Of a DNA stretch of 64,000 nt, positions 62,438-64,000 are shown piece by piece. Where the stretch lies: contig QPMI01000434.1 in NCBI GenBank assembly GCA_004431415.1, positions 248,001 through 312,000 of the forward strand. Reading direction: 5' to 3'. The translations under genes and the position numbers were made by a program. The notes beneath the pieces were generated by a model. That model was not told the DNA's origin. It worked only from the letters and a program-made list of their open reading frames with translations, and did not search any database. The stretch's first letter is position 1. Each line of letters opens with the position of its first letter. This DNA comes from Cyanophora paradoxa CCMP329 (lineage: Eukaryota; Plantae; Glaucophyta).

Positions 62438-63872
62438 TCACTTCTTAGCTTTCGTTTTCCCCTTTCGTTTTTCGCTTTCGGGCATGTCTTCTGACAGTTT
62501 TGCCATCTGCTCCTCCGCCCTTTCCTTCTCTCTTTCGGCCTGCATACATTCTCATGACGAGGCAGAAGCTCGAGAACGAAATGAAGCACCATCTTCCGTT
62601 CCAAGTGGGGCCTGTAGACCTCCCAGTACTCTTTCCTTGCATCATCAACTGCAGCAAGGAAATCTGAAATGCCCTCTCCAGACACTGCAGACACGCCCAC
62701 AGTCTGTGTGCACGCTCATCAGTGAATGCACGAACTACATACAAGGAAAGAAAGCTTTACCCTGATGTTCTTGTAAAACTAGAAGAGATGACAGAGTGAG
62801 ATGACAGAGTGACAAATCGACCACATGGCACACCTCATCGAGAACCAGCGACATCGAGCGGGTCAGACAGGCTGAGTATGACTTCTCATTGTCCAGCGCT
62901 GCACAGAATGCATCGTAGTCTTGCATCCACTCCGTTGCAAACTTGTGGGACACCACGTCGATTTTGTTGAACACGCAAATAAAAGGAAGCTGGGTTTTGT
63001 ACATGACACTGCAGTAAGCATTAGCTGTGAAGTCGGATAGAGGAAAAGTGTGGGCCTGCACCTGCATGCATACATCATGTTCGACATGAAGGTCGTTGGG
63101 TTTGCTGAGCGAACAGTGTCGACCACGTACACGATCGCCACAGGCAAGGTGGATGCCAGCGACTCCGTGATAATCGCTCCTGACGCAGACCAAGTGAAAA
63201 TCTCGATCTGCCCTGGAGTGTCCATTAAGATGTATCTGCAGTTTTGTCAGTCTCACAGGACCGCATCCAATTTCAACCGCTAGCACTTACTTGATGCCTT
63301 CGCTCGCTCGCTTCTCGACGAATCCGAGTACTTGATCGAAACTAGACGTGCAGCATCAGCGCAGTCGTTCGTATGCTAGCTTGTAGAACATAGCACCGCG
63401 TTGCGAAAAGGTTTAGCGACGTCAGAATGCCGCCGTTTGGGCCTAGATTATACCTGGCAGAGCGTCAGCCATAAGCGCGTCACATCTCCGGCGTATGCGC
63501 ACTGCTTCATGACTGCCTTGTAGTCGACGGTGTCGCGGATGTCGATGTTGGCCGTCGCCGGCGCATGAACCGCTGCAGGGTCAAGGTTGATCACGTATGA
63601 AGGCGTCTTCGTCAGGTGGAAGTGCGCGTTCAGCCTCTGCGCGTTGCGTGCGAGCTTCAGCGCTCGCGCAGCGGAACGTACGCGCGGCAGCGAACCTGCA
63701 TGAGAGTCGTCTTCCCACTACCGGCCATTCCGATCATGATGAGGACGATTGGCTTCTCCGGCGCGGACGACGGACCGGCTTCGGGCGCGCTGGTTGCGTC
63801 TGCGCCGTCGCGCGGCGCCGGCTGCGGCGGGTCTCCGCTAGCCCCGGCTGACGAGCTTGCCGCATCGCTCAT
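62438..63872 (-). CDS. GPN1: GPN-loop GTPase 1 (XAB1/Npa3)
   Basis: [73 protein letters not shown]. Confidence 0.95.
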
Positions 63873-64000
63873 CGCGCAGGCTGCGAGGATTCCAGGCTAC
63901 TCGGATGAGCGCCGTTTAGCTCGTACCCGTCTAGCGAGCATTTCCCGCGAGTTGGTTCCTCCTGGAACTGCCTTCTAGCGCATTCTCAAAGCGGTTGGAG

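Overview
Eukaryotic, very GC-rich, intron-dense nuclear DNA. It is probably from a flagellate alga: it carries plastid-type genes with transit-peptide-like N-termini and a ciliary gene; a glaucophyte such as Cyanophora is plausible, but this is inference only. About 23 spliced genes are packed mostly in alternating head-to-head/tail-to-tail order: PfkB kinase, family-4 UDG, Erv1, a TRPY/Yvc1-like channel, an FN3 + L-lectin protein, two DOT1-like paralogs, a tetraspanin-like protein, LSM1, metaxin, CCDC96, a hemerythrin-like protein, two TOM1/GPR137-like proteins, FPGT, a PAO/Tic55 Rieske oxygenase, CBA1, PPIL1, AATF, GPN1 and several unknowns. Gene models were spliced by eye, so the ends are approximate. 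Two highlights. (1) An intron-containing Fanzor2/TnpB C-terminal remnant (61599-61910) is followed by a 113-bp structured element that recurs alone 4.38 kb upstream with a different 3' flank (candidate omegaRNA and 'ghost' locus), and is preceded by 24-bp and 11-bp tandem arrays. (2) The TRP channel gene encodes two phase-matched, mutually exclusive pore-loop/S6 exon cassettes.
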